Below are positions 20,349 through 28,657 of a stretch of 64,000 nt of DNA, one piece after another (position 1 is the stretch's first letter; the number at the start of each line of letters is the position of its first letter). The stretch spans positions 1,600,001-1,664,000 of the forward strand of contig OZ241329.1 of NCBI GenBank assembly GCA_965199825.1, in the 5' to 3' direction. The notes beneath the pieces were generated by a model, which worked only from the letters and a program-made list of their open reading frames with translations, searched no databases and was not told the origin of the DNA. Made by a program: the position numbers and the translations under genes. The stretch comes from Bdellovibrionales bacterium. GTDB lineage: Bacteria > Bdellovibrionota > Bdellovibrionia > Bdellovibrionales > UBA1609.

Positions 20349-21626
20349 TTACAGCTCACTGTAGCGCTCATGATTTTCAAAACCTTTTGGGAGTTTGGGG
20401 ATTTCGGCCGGGCCTTCAAGACTCTCAAGATAGGGAGTAACAAAAACCACAAGTTCGGTGCGTTGATCAATAAAGTTCTTTGACTTAAACAGCTCGCCTA
20501 AAATTGGAATTTTTTGAAACGGGAAAAATTCTTGCGAATGACTGCCTAACTGATTTTTGATTAGCCCCGAAAGAATGATTGTTTTACTTCCAATGAAATT
20601 GAGCTGAGATTCAATCCGATTTGTTTTTAAGCCCGGCACACCATCAATCATTTGCGAAGGATCAATCAACGAAACTTCAATAGTCATTTGGAGACTCATA
20701 TGACCGGTGTGATCGGCTTGAGGTTTAAATTGCAACAACACTCCATGCTTTTTCCAGCTCACTTCTTGATGCCTCAACGTTTGCATCCGAATCGGAAATT
20801 CACCGCCCGCCATAAACTCGGCACTTCCGCCGCTGCGACAAACCAAATTAGGAGAAGCAAGCACTTGAGCTTTACCATTGGTCTCGAGGTTTTTGAGTTG
20901 GGCCAAAAGCCCGCCCTCGTCGCGAAACTGCGGCAAAAGCTGGGCTTGATAATTATTTTGCCAGTCCACTCCGACCTCTTGCAAAAAGGTATGGCTCACT
21001 TCGGCCAGCATCACGTGCAGCCGCACCAAGGGCTCGAGGCTTATACCTTTGTTCGCCTCAACAAATTCAAGACCGAATTTTTTGGTTAAATTTGTGGCTT
21101 GAAGTTTTTGGGTGTCATTTGCAAAGGTGAGGGTAAAGGGCTGACTCGGGTCCCACTGCATGATCGCCGGAGGTAGGCCAATTTTGCGAAATTCAGAAAA
21201 TAAAAAATGGCGGGCGTGATCCAAAACTTCTTTTTCCATTTTGGCCTGAAAATAATAAGGCACACCCTCTAATAAGTTCGCGAGCCTTATCCAATCTTGA
21301 AAACGCCACAGTTCTCCTTTAATTTTAAGGTGGTCGCCCTCCCATTGAAAATCGAGTCCTTTTAAAGCTAAGAGATCGCCCTCACGCACAACGGCGTGGG
21401 GGAGGATCAAAATTTTATATTGGCTCTCACCAATGCGGGCATTGATTTGGCCGCGCTTCATAGCGGTAACTTCCAGTCGCGAACCAAAATCATGCAAACG
21501 AATATGCGAATTTTGCGGAATAAAAACATGCTCATGATTTTTGAGATTGATAAATCGCCGCTCGCCCTCTTGAAGCACAAAGAGTTGGCCTGCAAAAGCA
21601 AAATGAAAAAACAAAAGCCACATCAT
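20349..21626 (-). CDS. cpaC: Flp/Tad pilus secretin CpaC/RcpA
   Basis: ASPNLVCRSG..AEFMAGGEFPI, IPILGELFKS and ELVVFVTP. Confidence 0.9.
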   Translation of the reverse strand: MMWLLFFHFAFAGQLFVLQEGERRFINLKNHEHVFIPQNSHIRLHDFGSRLEVTAMKRGQINARIGESQYKILILPHAVVREGDLLALKGLDFQWEGDHLKIKGELWRFQDWIRLANLLEGVPYYFQAKMEKEVLDHARHFLFSEFRKIGLPPAIMQWDPSQPFTLTFANDTQKLQATNLTKKFGLEFVEANKGISLEPLVRLHVMLAEVSHTFLQEVGVDWQNNYQAQLLPQFRDEGGLLAQLKNLETNGKAQVLASPNLVCRSGGSAEFMAGGEFPIRMQTLRHQEVSWKKHGVLLQFKPQADHTGHMSLQMTIEVSLIDPSQMIDGVPGLKTNRIESQLNFIGSKTIILSGLIKNQLGSHSQEFFPFQKIPILGELFKSKNFIDQRTELVVFVTPYLESLEGPAEIPKLPKGFENHERYSEL

Positions 21627-21679
21627 ATTGGGTGATCAATTGCAAAATGATAGAAAGGGATAAATCGAAATGACGACTT

Positions 21680-22771
21680 CTAGAGATCCGGATCCGAAAT
21701 TAAAAATCCGATTTCCAGATGACCTTTGGAAGACCCGAACAGAAGCTGTGAGTGATGGAGTTTGAGGAGCGCTTGAGAAATGCTTAAGCCCAATCCATTG
21801 CCCGTTGTGTGATGCATGATATTTTCGTCGAGAGTAAAGGGTTTTAAAATCTTTTCGATAATTTTACTTGGGATCGCTTTTCCAGGATTGATCACCTTAA
21901 ATTCTTTGTTGTTTCCAACAACACGGATCTGACAGTCATTAGGCGAAAATTTAATCGCATTATCAATCAGCCGTATAAGAACGGAGCGCAATATTTTTTC
22001 GTCCCCTTTAAAGTTGTCGTCAGTGGCTTCAACCAATAAAGTTTGTTTTTTGGTTTTTAAAATTTCTGCAAATTGATGTTGAAGGCCTTCACAGATTTTA
22101 TCAGCCGAAGTTTTTTTGAGATGGGTTTTGAGTAAACCAACTTCGGCCGAAACCAATTCTAAACTGTCTTGGGTCAAAGTTTGAAGCCGCGAGGCACTTT
22201 GTTTTAAGCGATCGGTATATTTTTTTTGTTCAACACTCAATTCGGTCTCGGTTAAAATTTCGAGATAATTAATCAGATTGGTGAGCGGAGTTTTTAATTC
22301 ATGATTGATCAAAATCATAAAATGATTTTTGGCATCATCAAGACTTTGCAAAGATTCAAGAGCGCGCTCAAGTTCAAAATTTTTCTGCTCTAATTGTTCG
22401 CGCAAGCTAAAACGTTCAACCGCTTTATCAACCGCATTTGTTAGATCAACCGAATCCCACGGTTTGGTGACGTAGCGATAGATATGACCTTCGTTAATGG
22501 ACGAGATCACAGACTCGACGTCGGTAAATCCGGTGAGCAAAATCCGCACCGCTTCGGGCTGAAGCTTTTGGCTTTTTTTAAAAAACTCAACACCTGTCAT
22601 GTTGGGCATGCGTTGATCAGAAATAATGGTGGCGACTTGATGATGTTCTAACAGAGCTAGACCTTCGTCCCCAGAGGTAGCTTTAAGCACTTCATATTTT
22701 TTGCGAAACAGGCGCTCAAGCGCATCAACAATATCTGTTTCGTCATCAATACACAGAATGGCATGTTTCAT
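21680..22771 (-). CDS. hybrid response regulator/sensor histidine kinase
   Basis: REC domain (DD, SDQRMP, KPW), HELKTPL H-box and HATPase GNGLGL. Confidence 0.92.
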   Translation of the reverse strand: MKHAILCIDDETDIVDALERLFRKKYEVLKATSGDEGLALLEHHQVATIISDQRMPNMTGVEFFKKSQKLQPEAVRILLTGFTDVESVISSINEGHIYRYVTKPWDSVDLTNAVDKAVERFSLREQLEQKNFELERALESLQSLDDAKNHFMILINHELKTPLTNLINYLEILTETELSVEQKKYTDRLKQSASRLQTLTQDSLELVSAEVGLLKTHLKKTSADKICEGLQHQFAEILKTKKQTLLVEATDDNFKGDEKILRSVLIRLIDNAIKFSPNDCQIRVVGNNKEFKVINPGKAIPSKIIEKILKPFTLDENIMHHTTGNGLGLSISQALLKLHHSQLLFGSSKGHLEIGFLISDPDL

Positions 22772-22855
22772 AAAATTAAATTCAGTGTAGAATTAATTAG
22801 AAGCTTTTATCAATGGGGGAACTCTCGATCAAAGTCGTGATTGTCGTTGAATGAG

Positions 22856-22883
22856 TCAAGTCTCGTTCAAAAGGCGACGAAAA
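22856..22883 (+). promoter_or_regulatory. sigma28 (FliA)-like promoter
   Basis: TCAAG-N15-GACGAAAA, same geometry as the site at 19016. Confidence 0.45.
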
Positions 22884-22907
22884 CTGATTGTGGAGAAGGA
22901 AAACTTT

Positions 22908-24527
22908 ATGAAGCGTAGCATTCTACTTTTGACACTCGTATTTGGACATCAAGCTTTTGCGCAGTACATACAAGGCGGCGCATCAGTGGGTCAGGGCTGT
23001 AATTATCCGGTGCAAGCTGGGCGCGGAGCTGTAAGTGAGTCCGATGATCTTCAAAGACTGCGTAAAGAAAAAGAATCCTTAAGAAAAAAAGTGGCGCGCA
23101 AAAAATCGGATTGGAACAAGAAAAAAAATGCGGTCAAAAAACTTGAGCGCGATATCGGAAGAGTTCTTTCACCCGGTGCTAGTAAAATTGTTCTCGATGC
23201 GATGACCACCGGAAATTGCGGACCCATGAATTGCAGCGGAGCTTCGGCTGCTTCTTATAATGGCGCAAACCAAGGAAGAGAAGCTCAGCCCATATCGACA
23301 GGTAGTCCAGCCAGTACAGGCGCAGAAGGCCCACGCACAATGACCGCAGATCCTAACAATCCATTTTGTATTCCAGACCGAAACTCAAATATTGTGAATC
23401 TCCTCGGTCGCTACTGCAACGGCGGAGCGGTCGACAGCGAAATCTGTGCAGCGAGTAATCCAATTACAAAAGGCGGCAGACAATCTGGCGATGCGGTCGA
23501 CAACTGTCGAACAGCGATTCAAAATTATCCCAAAGATAAAGCAGACGAAAAAGATTTAAAAGACGAAATGGATTCTCTCAACGCCGAACTTAAAGACAAA
23601 GACACAGCTATCGATGATGCCAAAGATACAGCTGACGACGACGATAATAAAAAAACCGAAGGTTGTCAGTTTTGCCAAAGCATGTCGCAAGCTCCTGCTC
23701 CTAGTATTTGGCAATCTGCTTTGTCCACTCTCGCAATCGGCGCGGTAGGTTTTGCCACTTACAAAGGCGTTGAAAATGCTCAAGACTTGACTGCACGTGC
23801 GGGCTATCCCGTGAGTCCTGTTCCAGCTATTGTTGCGAGCTATCCATTTTTGCAGGCCGCTCTTTCGGGCGGCGGAGCGGGTGGAGTCGGCAGCGGCGGT
23901 TATGCCTGCTCAGGCACAGTTGGAAACCAAAATATGAGCCCCTATGGACAGATCAGTCCGTTTTCTCCCTTGGGCGCTCTCTATAGTCCTCAGAGTGGAG
24001 CCTTCGGATATCCCAATAGTATTGCGGGTAATGGTACTGGATATCCTGGCTATGGCTATGGTGGTTATCCCAATTACGGAATTCAAGTTGGTAGCCAAAT
24101 TGGTGGTCAATACGGAATACAAATTGGCGCACAATATGGGGGTCAGATCGGAACCCAAATCTCTCCTTATCCAAATTTTGGCGGTCAGTACGGAGCTGCA
24201 ACAGGTTCAGCTCTTGGCAGCTCGCTCGCTTTACAACAAATTCAGCAGCAAGCTTTGATTGCTCAAGACTATGCGCAACGCGCTTCGACCATTGCTCAAC
24301 TACAGGGGCAAATGACTCAGATTCAAAGTCAGATTTATGCTGTGGGATCAGGTGCGACACCCGCATATCAGATCGCTCCCTATCCCGGTGCGAACTATGG
24401 TACGACGAGCGGTGCATATGGGTTACAGCTAAGTGGCGGTCCAGTTCCGGTGCCCGTTTCGAATAGCACTAGCGTTCTTGGCACCTACGGAACTTATGGT
24501 TCAACAGGTGTGATCAACTCGCGCTAG
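22908..24527 (+). CDS. secreted coiled-coil protein with G/Y/Q/S-rich low-complexity C-terminus
   Basis: AAGGA RBS, signal peptide ending AFA, coiled coils, CQFC, GxQ[IY] repeats. Confidence 0.8.
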   Translation: MKRSILLLTLVFGHQAFAQYIQGGASVGQGCNYPVQAGRGAVSESDDLQRLRKEKESLRKKVARKKSDWNKKKNAVKKLERDIGRVLSPGASKIVLDAMTTGNCGPMNCSGASAASYNGANQGREAQPISTGSPASTGAEGPRTMTADPNNPFCIPDRNSNIVNLLGRYCNGGAVDSEICAASNPITKGGRQSGDAVDNCRTAIQNYPKDKADEKDLKDEMDSLNAELKDKDTAIDDAKDTADDDDNKKTEGCQFCQSMSQAPAPSIWQSALSTLAIGAVGFATYKGVENAQDLTARAGYPVSPVPAIVASYPFLQAALSGGGAGGVGSGGYACSGTVGNQNMSPYGQISPFSPLGALYSPQSGAFGYPNSIAGNGTGYPGYGYGGYPNYGIQVGSQIGGQYGIQIGAQYGGQIGTQISPYPNFGGQYGAATGSALGSSLALQQIQQQALIAQDYAQRASTIAQLQGQMTQIQSQIYAVGSGATPAYQIAPYPGANYGTTSGAYGLQLSGGPVPVPVSNSTSVLGTYGTYGSTGVINSR

Positions 24528-25510
24528 TACGCTTCTTTGATCGTCGGATGAACAGCTGGCGATTGATTGTTTTGCGATTGCTGGTAGGCCAAAAAGCCGC
24601 CAGCAGCAACTCCGATTCCGATCCAAAACCATTTTGATTTAAAAATAGAATTTGGTTGTGGCGCTTGAGTTGCAATTCGAATCGGTGTGTCCTCATGAGG
24701 TCTTGCGGCTAATTCACTCAATTTAATTTTTGGTGTGGTTGAGTTTTCAACCACACAGCCATTGGGATAAATCACCTGATGAAGCTTTGGATAACTCTCG
24801 CTGCTCTTGGTCCATTCGGGTGCCCCGCAATTGCCAAGGACTAAGGGCTCAAGATGAAATTCCATCTCTTTTAAATCTTTGGCTTTTAAGGTCTGCGAAA
24901 ATGGAGAATAGCTCTCTGAAACAACAGTCAGGCGAAACGGGGCGAGCGGAACTACGAAAGAATCGGTTTTTTTAAGCTCTCTCCCATTAACCAAAATCGT
25001 CGAGATCGAACTTGGCCAAGTGGCAGTCGAAATCGTTATCAAATGCGAAGACCTTTTTAAGTTTTGATAAGACTCTCTTAATGGGGGGGCAAATAAATCT
25101 TCATCGGGCTCCAGCGTTGAATCAAAGGCAATTGCTTTTTCGATCCAACGATTGCGATCCTCATGATCAGTTTCTAGTGAAGCCAATCGAAAATAAGAAT
25201 TAAAGATGGCTTGTCGAGCTTTAGCCGTCCAATCACTTTTAAGATGACGATGAACAATGTATTCATATTGTTTTTTTGCAGTTTTAATATCGGCATTTAA
25301 AAACAAGTTTTCGGCCTGCTCAAAATCTCCGATCAGAGTCAATTCTTCGGCCGAAGTGCTACGTGCTTTCAACCACCACTCACTAAACAATTTTGCTCCA
25401 GAATTTTGACGAACCTGTTTTAAAAAATCGGCATTCTTTGTTTCGGGGGCTTGAATCATTACCTGAGCATTCATTGTCAGGCCAAAAATCAACTTAAAAA
25501 TCAGATTCAT
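24524..25510 (-). CDS. hypothetical exported protein with helical region and C-terminal membrane anchor (Tad locus)
   Basis: short signal peptide; KSKWFWIGIGVAAGGFLAY anchor; coupled to the upstream gene. Confidence 0.7.
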   Translation of the reverse strand: MNLIFKLIFGLTMNAQVMIQAPETKNADFLKQVRQNSGAKLFSEWWLKARSTSAEELTLIGDFEQAENLFLNADIKTAKKQYEYIVHRHLKSDWTAKARQAIFNSYFRLASLETDHEDRNRWIEKAIAFDSTLEPDEDLFAPPLRESYQNLKRSSHLITISTATWPSSISTILVNGRELKKTDSFVVPLAPFRLTVVSESYSPFSQTLKAKDLKEMEFHLEPLVLGNCGAPEWTKSSESYPKLHQVIYPNGCVVENSTTPKIKLSELAARPHEDTPIRIATQAPQPNSIFKSKWFWIGIGVAAGGFLAYQQSQNNQSPAVHPTIKEAY

Positions 25511-26003
25511 GAGAGTGGGTTCCTTCCATAATAATCCGCGAGGACTGTTTTGACAGAGACTTTTCAAGAACTATTCCAGGATTTTTATGATTTTGAACCA
25601 CCACAAAATAAGTGGGTCCGTGCTGAACGATGGTGCGCGCAAGATCTGATCGGACCAAAACTGCAAATTGCCTCGGGTTGAGTGGGGCTCGCACCAACTT
25701 GACCGCTTGGCTTACCCGAGCCGAGGGTGTGGGCGAGTGGGCCGATGCCGCATACAAATCGACAAAACCAAACTGTCCAAAAACTGGGTCCAAAGATTCG
25801 ATATTTGAGACTTCGATCGGTATGAGCTGAAAGCCCTCGGGAATCAAAGTTTCAAGAGTTTGGGGGGCATTCAAAGGGGCTGAAGTGTTCAAAAGCAAGT
25901 GGGCCATAAATACCATTGCGGTTAGAACAAAGCCGGTGATGGGCCAGGCTTTAACGGCCTTCTTTAAAAGTTCTGTGCTCTTTCCAGAAATTTTTAGCGT
26001 CAT
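25494..26003 (-). CDS. CpaB/RcpC-like Flp pilus assembly protein
   Basis: TM helix plus LIPEGFQLIPIEV...VDLY resembling RcpC; Tad context. Confidence 0.6.
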   Translation of the reverse strand: MTLKISGKSTELLKKAVKAWPITGFVLTAMVFMAHLLLNTSAPLNAPQTLETLIPEGFQLIPIEVSNIESLDPVFGQFGFVDLYAASAHSPTPSARVSQAVKLVRAPLNPRQFAVLVRSDLARTIVQHGPTYFVVVQNHKNPGIVLEKSLSKQSSRIIMEGTHSHESDF

Positions 26004-26157
26004 GATTTCTCCAGTTTTCTTTTATAAAAAAATAAGGTCTTACGTTTTTTTGATAATTCGAAATTGCCAATTCAAATGCGCCCAACAGACTCATAAAAAT
26101 AAACAAAACAAAGATCATCTCCACAAGGGATTGACCCGATTGAGTTGAGGATTCCAT
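25951..26157 (-). CDS. TadE-like minor pilin
   Basis: QSG|QSLVE prepilin motif followed by a hydrophobic helix. Confidence 0.7.
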   Translation of the reverse strand: MESSTQSGQSLVEMIFVLFIFMSLLGAFELAISNYQKNVRPYFFIKENWRNHDAKNFWKEHRTFKEGR

Positions 26158-26813
26158 TTTGATCTTTCTTTAATAAGTGTTGCCGAACATTGACCTTTGA
26201 TTTTGGGATCAATATGCAAATTTTGTTTAATTGCTCTAGGCACCACATCAATCATTTGTGTTGACCAAGAAAGGGCCAGACTTTGCTGCTCTTTAAAATT
26301 ATTGACCGGTCTGTAGCGAGGCGACCTCGAGTTTTCTGGATAAGGCTCGACTGCAAGACCAAGTGAAGTCATTTTTTGTGAGTTCACCGAACTGTGTAGA
26401 AATTCAGCCGAGGTTCGAATGCTCATCATCGATTGGGCCGAGAGCAAACGGGCCTGCATGAGAATTGCTTTTTGGGCGTAGTGAAAGGCATCTTGCTGCG
26501 AGTGAACAAGGTCCAATGCTTTCGAAGCAAATTCTATGGCTTCTATATTCAAACTGATTTTTGCAATTTTAAGCGCGAACTTTGCCATCGTCTCCGCTTT
26601 TTGAAGAGCGTAGGCTGCAGTATTCATCGCCAAAAGGTTTTCTAGTTTTTGCCCAAGATCTTGTTGGGTCTTGGCGAGTTTTCGGCGGCAAACATGATGA
26701 GTCGAAACCTGAATATGCAAACAATGAAACAGTTGAAACGAAAAAAAACCTAGTGTGAGCAACACCGGTAAGCACGCCAAAAATAAAACAATGCCCTGAC
26801 CTTTATTGTTCAT
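26115..26813 (-). CDS. TadG/TadE-like pseudopilin
   Basis: NNKG|QGIVLFL prepilin-like N-terminus. Confidence 0.65.
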   Translation of the reverse strand: MNNKGQGIVLFLACLPVLLTLGFFSFQLFHCLHIQVSTHHVCRRKLAKTQQDLGQKLENLLAMNTAAYALQKAETMAKFALKIAKISLNIEAIEFASKALDLVHSQQDAFHYAQKAILMQARLLSAQSMMSIRTSAEFLHSSVNSQKMTSLGLAVEPYPENSRSPRYRPVNNFKEQQSLALSWSTQMIDVVPRAIKQNLHIDPKIKGQCSATLIKERSKWNPQLNRVNPLWR

Positions 26814-27151
26814 TGTCGGTCGTCCATCACATGGCGCATGCTCAAAGTCTGTTTCAATCCTTCGCGTCGCGTGGACTTCAAATAGGGTCGATAGCTGACG
26901 TAGGCCTTTTTGTTTTTGCCCAAATTCGACAACCGAATGTAGGGGTCTCCGGCCACTTGAAGTGCCGAGGTCAAACGATGTTGAGCTTCACTCTGACAAT
27001 GCTCAACCTTATTTGTCTCGAGCAAACAAACCAAGGCCTCTTGCCCAACATAGCGCGAGTACTCGCGAGCAAGCCCGTAGTAGCTCACACTGCAAAGACC
27101 TACGAAAAGTAAAAAGGTGGTGAGTGTTGCAGTTATCGATTCGATCAGCAT
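26810..27151 (-). CDS. TadE-like minor pilin
   Basis: MLIES plus hydrophobic helix and a Cys pair; directly after flp. Confidence 0.55.
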   Translation of the reverse strand: MLIESITATLTTFLLFVGLCSVSYYGLAREYSRYVGQEALVCLLETNKVEHCQSEAQHRLTSALQVAGDPYIRLSNLGKNKKAYVSYRPYLKSTRREGLKQTLSMRHVMDDRQ

Positions 27152-27152
27152 C

Positions 27153-27377
27153 TTATCTGTCGTTCATGAAAGTGCTAAAACTGCGGCGCTCAACATCTCG
27201 ATCTTCGAGTCGTTGATGCTGAACAACCTGGTCGCGGCCTTGAAGTTTTTGAATCACATTGCCAAACTGAACTCGTACAGTTTTGTTCAGCAGGTTCATA
27301 ATGCCGATGGTTGCAACCGCCATGAGCGCAACGATGATGAGATATTCGATAAGACCTTGGCCTCTTTGGTTCAACAT
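27153..27377 (-). CDS. flp: Flp type IVb major pilin
   Basis: NQRG|QGLIEYLIIVALMAVA Flp motif; GGAGG RBS. Confidence 0.9.
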   Translation of the reverse strand: MLNQRGQGLIEYLIIVALMAVATIGIMNLLNKTVRVQFGNVIQKLQGRDQVVQHQRLEDRDVERRSFSTFMNDR

Positions 27378-27477
27378 GAAATCCTCCAATTGTTGAAATT
27401 GGAGGTTGCAAGTTGGGAATCAAATCGAAGTCTTATTCAATTATATTAGAGGCAAAAATATTCGCTATCCGGCGGAC

Positions 27478-27732
27478 TTATTTCTTTGTGGGTGGGGCGG
27501 CCACTATTTTTTTGGGAGCTTTGACCTTTTGGGGGCGCAAAGATTTACGGCGCTGAACGATTTGATCGAGAATTTCAAAAGCCTCACGCTGCAGATCATT
27601 TTCAAAAATAAAGCGGTAGAAACCCTCGATCTCGGGACTTTGACGAAACTTTTTTGTCGAAGTGGGCAATGTGTCGGATTGAACAAAGTCGATGGACGAT
27701 CCGTCTTCAGAGAGTTTTACTTTTTCGGGCAT
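27478..27732 (-). CDS. small hypothetical protein
   Basis: TTGACC-17-TATTTT promoter and AAGGAG RBS before ATG 27732. Confidence 0.75.
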   Translation of the reverse strand: MPEKVKLSEDGSSIDFVQSDTLPTSTKKFRQSPEIEGFYRFIFENDLQREAFEILDQIVQRRKSLRPQKVKAPKKIVAAPPTKK

Positions 27733-27769
27733 GGCTTTTGGGTTCTCCTTGTGCCGAAAATAGGAGATT

Positions 27770-27798
27770 TTGCAGGATGGGTCAAGTTCTGCTAGTTT
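27770..27798 (+). promoter_or_regulatory. sigma70 promoter of folD, leaderless geometry
   Basis: TTGCAG-17-TAGTTT (TGn extended), 7 nt before ATG. Confidence 0.6.
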
Positions 27799-27805
27799 CA
27801 CACCC

Positions 27806-28657
27806 ATGCAAGTGATCGACGGCAAACATGTGGCCAAGCTTAGGCGTTTAGAGCTTAAAGGTAAAATTACTGAATTTTCCTATAAAAACGGCAGACCCCC
27901 GGGCCTTGCGGTGATTTTGGTTGGCAATAACCCAGCAAGCCAGGTTTACGTGGGCGCCAAAATTAAGGCCTGTCAGGAAGTGGGCATCAACAGTTTTGAG
28001 CATCGACTTGCAGCCGATATTTCGCAAAATGAGCTCAACGTCGAAATCGAAAAACTCAACCATCAATCCGATGTGGACGGCATATTGTTGCAGCTTCCTT
28101 TGCCCGCACATTTATCCTCAGAAATAAGCCTTGAGAAATTGGATCCAAATAAAGATGTCGATGCTCTAACCGTCACAAGTCAGGGGCTTTTATTTTCTGG
28201 TCACCCTCGCGCAAAGCCGTGCACACCTCAAGGCGTGATTTCTCTTTTAAGGCATTATAAAATTCCGCTTGTTGGCATCAACGCGGTGGTAGTTGGGCGA
28301 TCGAATATTGTGGGTAAGCCTATGGCCCATTTGCTCTTGCAAGAGAATGCGACGGTCACCATTTGTCATTCAAAAACAAAAAATTTAAGGGCCTTTACCA
28401 AAAATGCGGATCTTGTGGTGGTTGCGCTTGGAAAGCCCGGGTTTTTAGGCGGCGAAGATTTTAAATCGGATGCGGTAGTGATTGATGTTGGAATTCATCG
28501 GATGGAACAGGGCACGCGCGTAAAGTTGCTGGGTGATGTTCGATTTGATGAACTCTCGGTGAAGGCGGCCACGCCTGTTCCCGGCGGGGTTGGCCCGATG
28601 ACTATAGTCACATTGCTCGAGAATACGTTAGAACTTGCTCTTTTAAGATTGAAGTGA
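27806..28657 (+). CDS. folD: methylenetetrahydrofolate dehydrogenase/cyclohydrolase
   Basis: DGILLQLPLP, KDVD, PCTP, GRSNIVGKP and PVPGGVGPMT. Confidence 0.97.
   Translation: MQVIDGKHVAKLRRLELKGKITEFSYKNGRPPGLAVILVGNNPASQVYVGAKIKACQEVGINSFEHRLAADISQNELNVEIEKLNHQSDVDGILLQLPLPAHLSSEISLEKLDPNKDVDALTVTSQGLLFSGHPRAKPCTPQGVISLLRHYKIPLVGINAVVVGRSNIVGKPMAHLLLQENATVTICHSKTKNLRAFTKNADLVVVALGKPGFLGGEDFKSDAVVIDVGIHRMEQGTRVKLLGDVRFDELSVKAATPVPGGVGPMTIVTLLENTLELALLRLK

Noticed and set aside
20348..20470. Long cpaF/cpaC overlap
   Set aside because: An ATG at 20347 directly after the cpaC stop removes the overlap.
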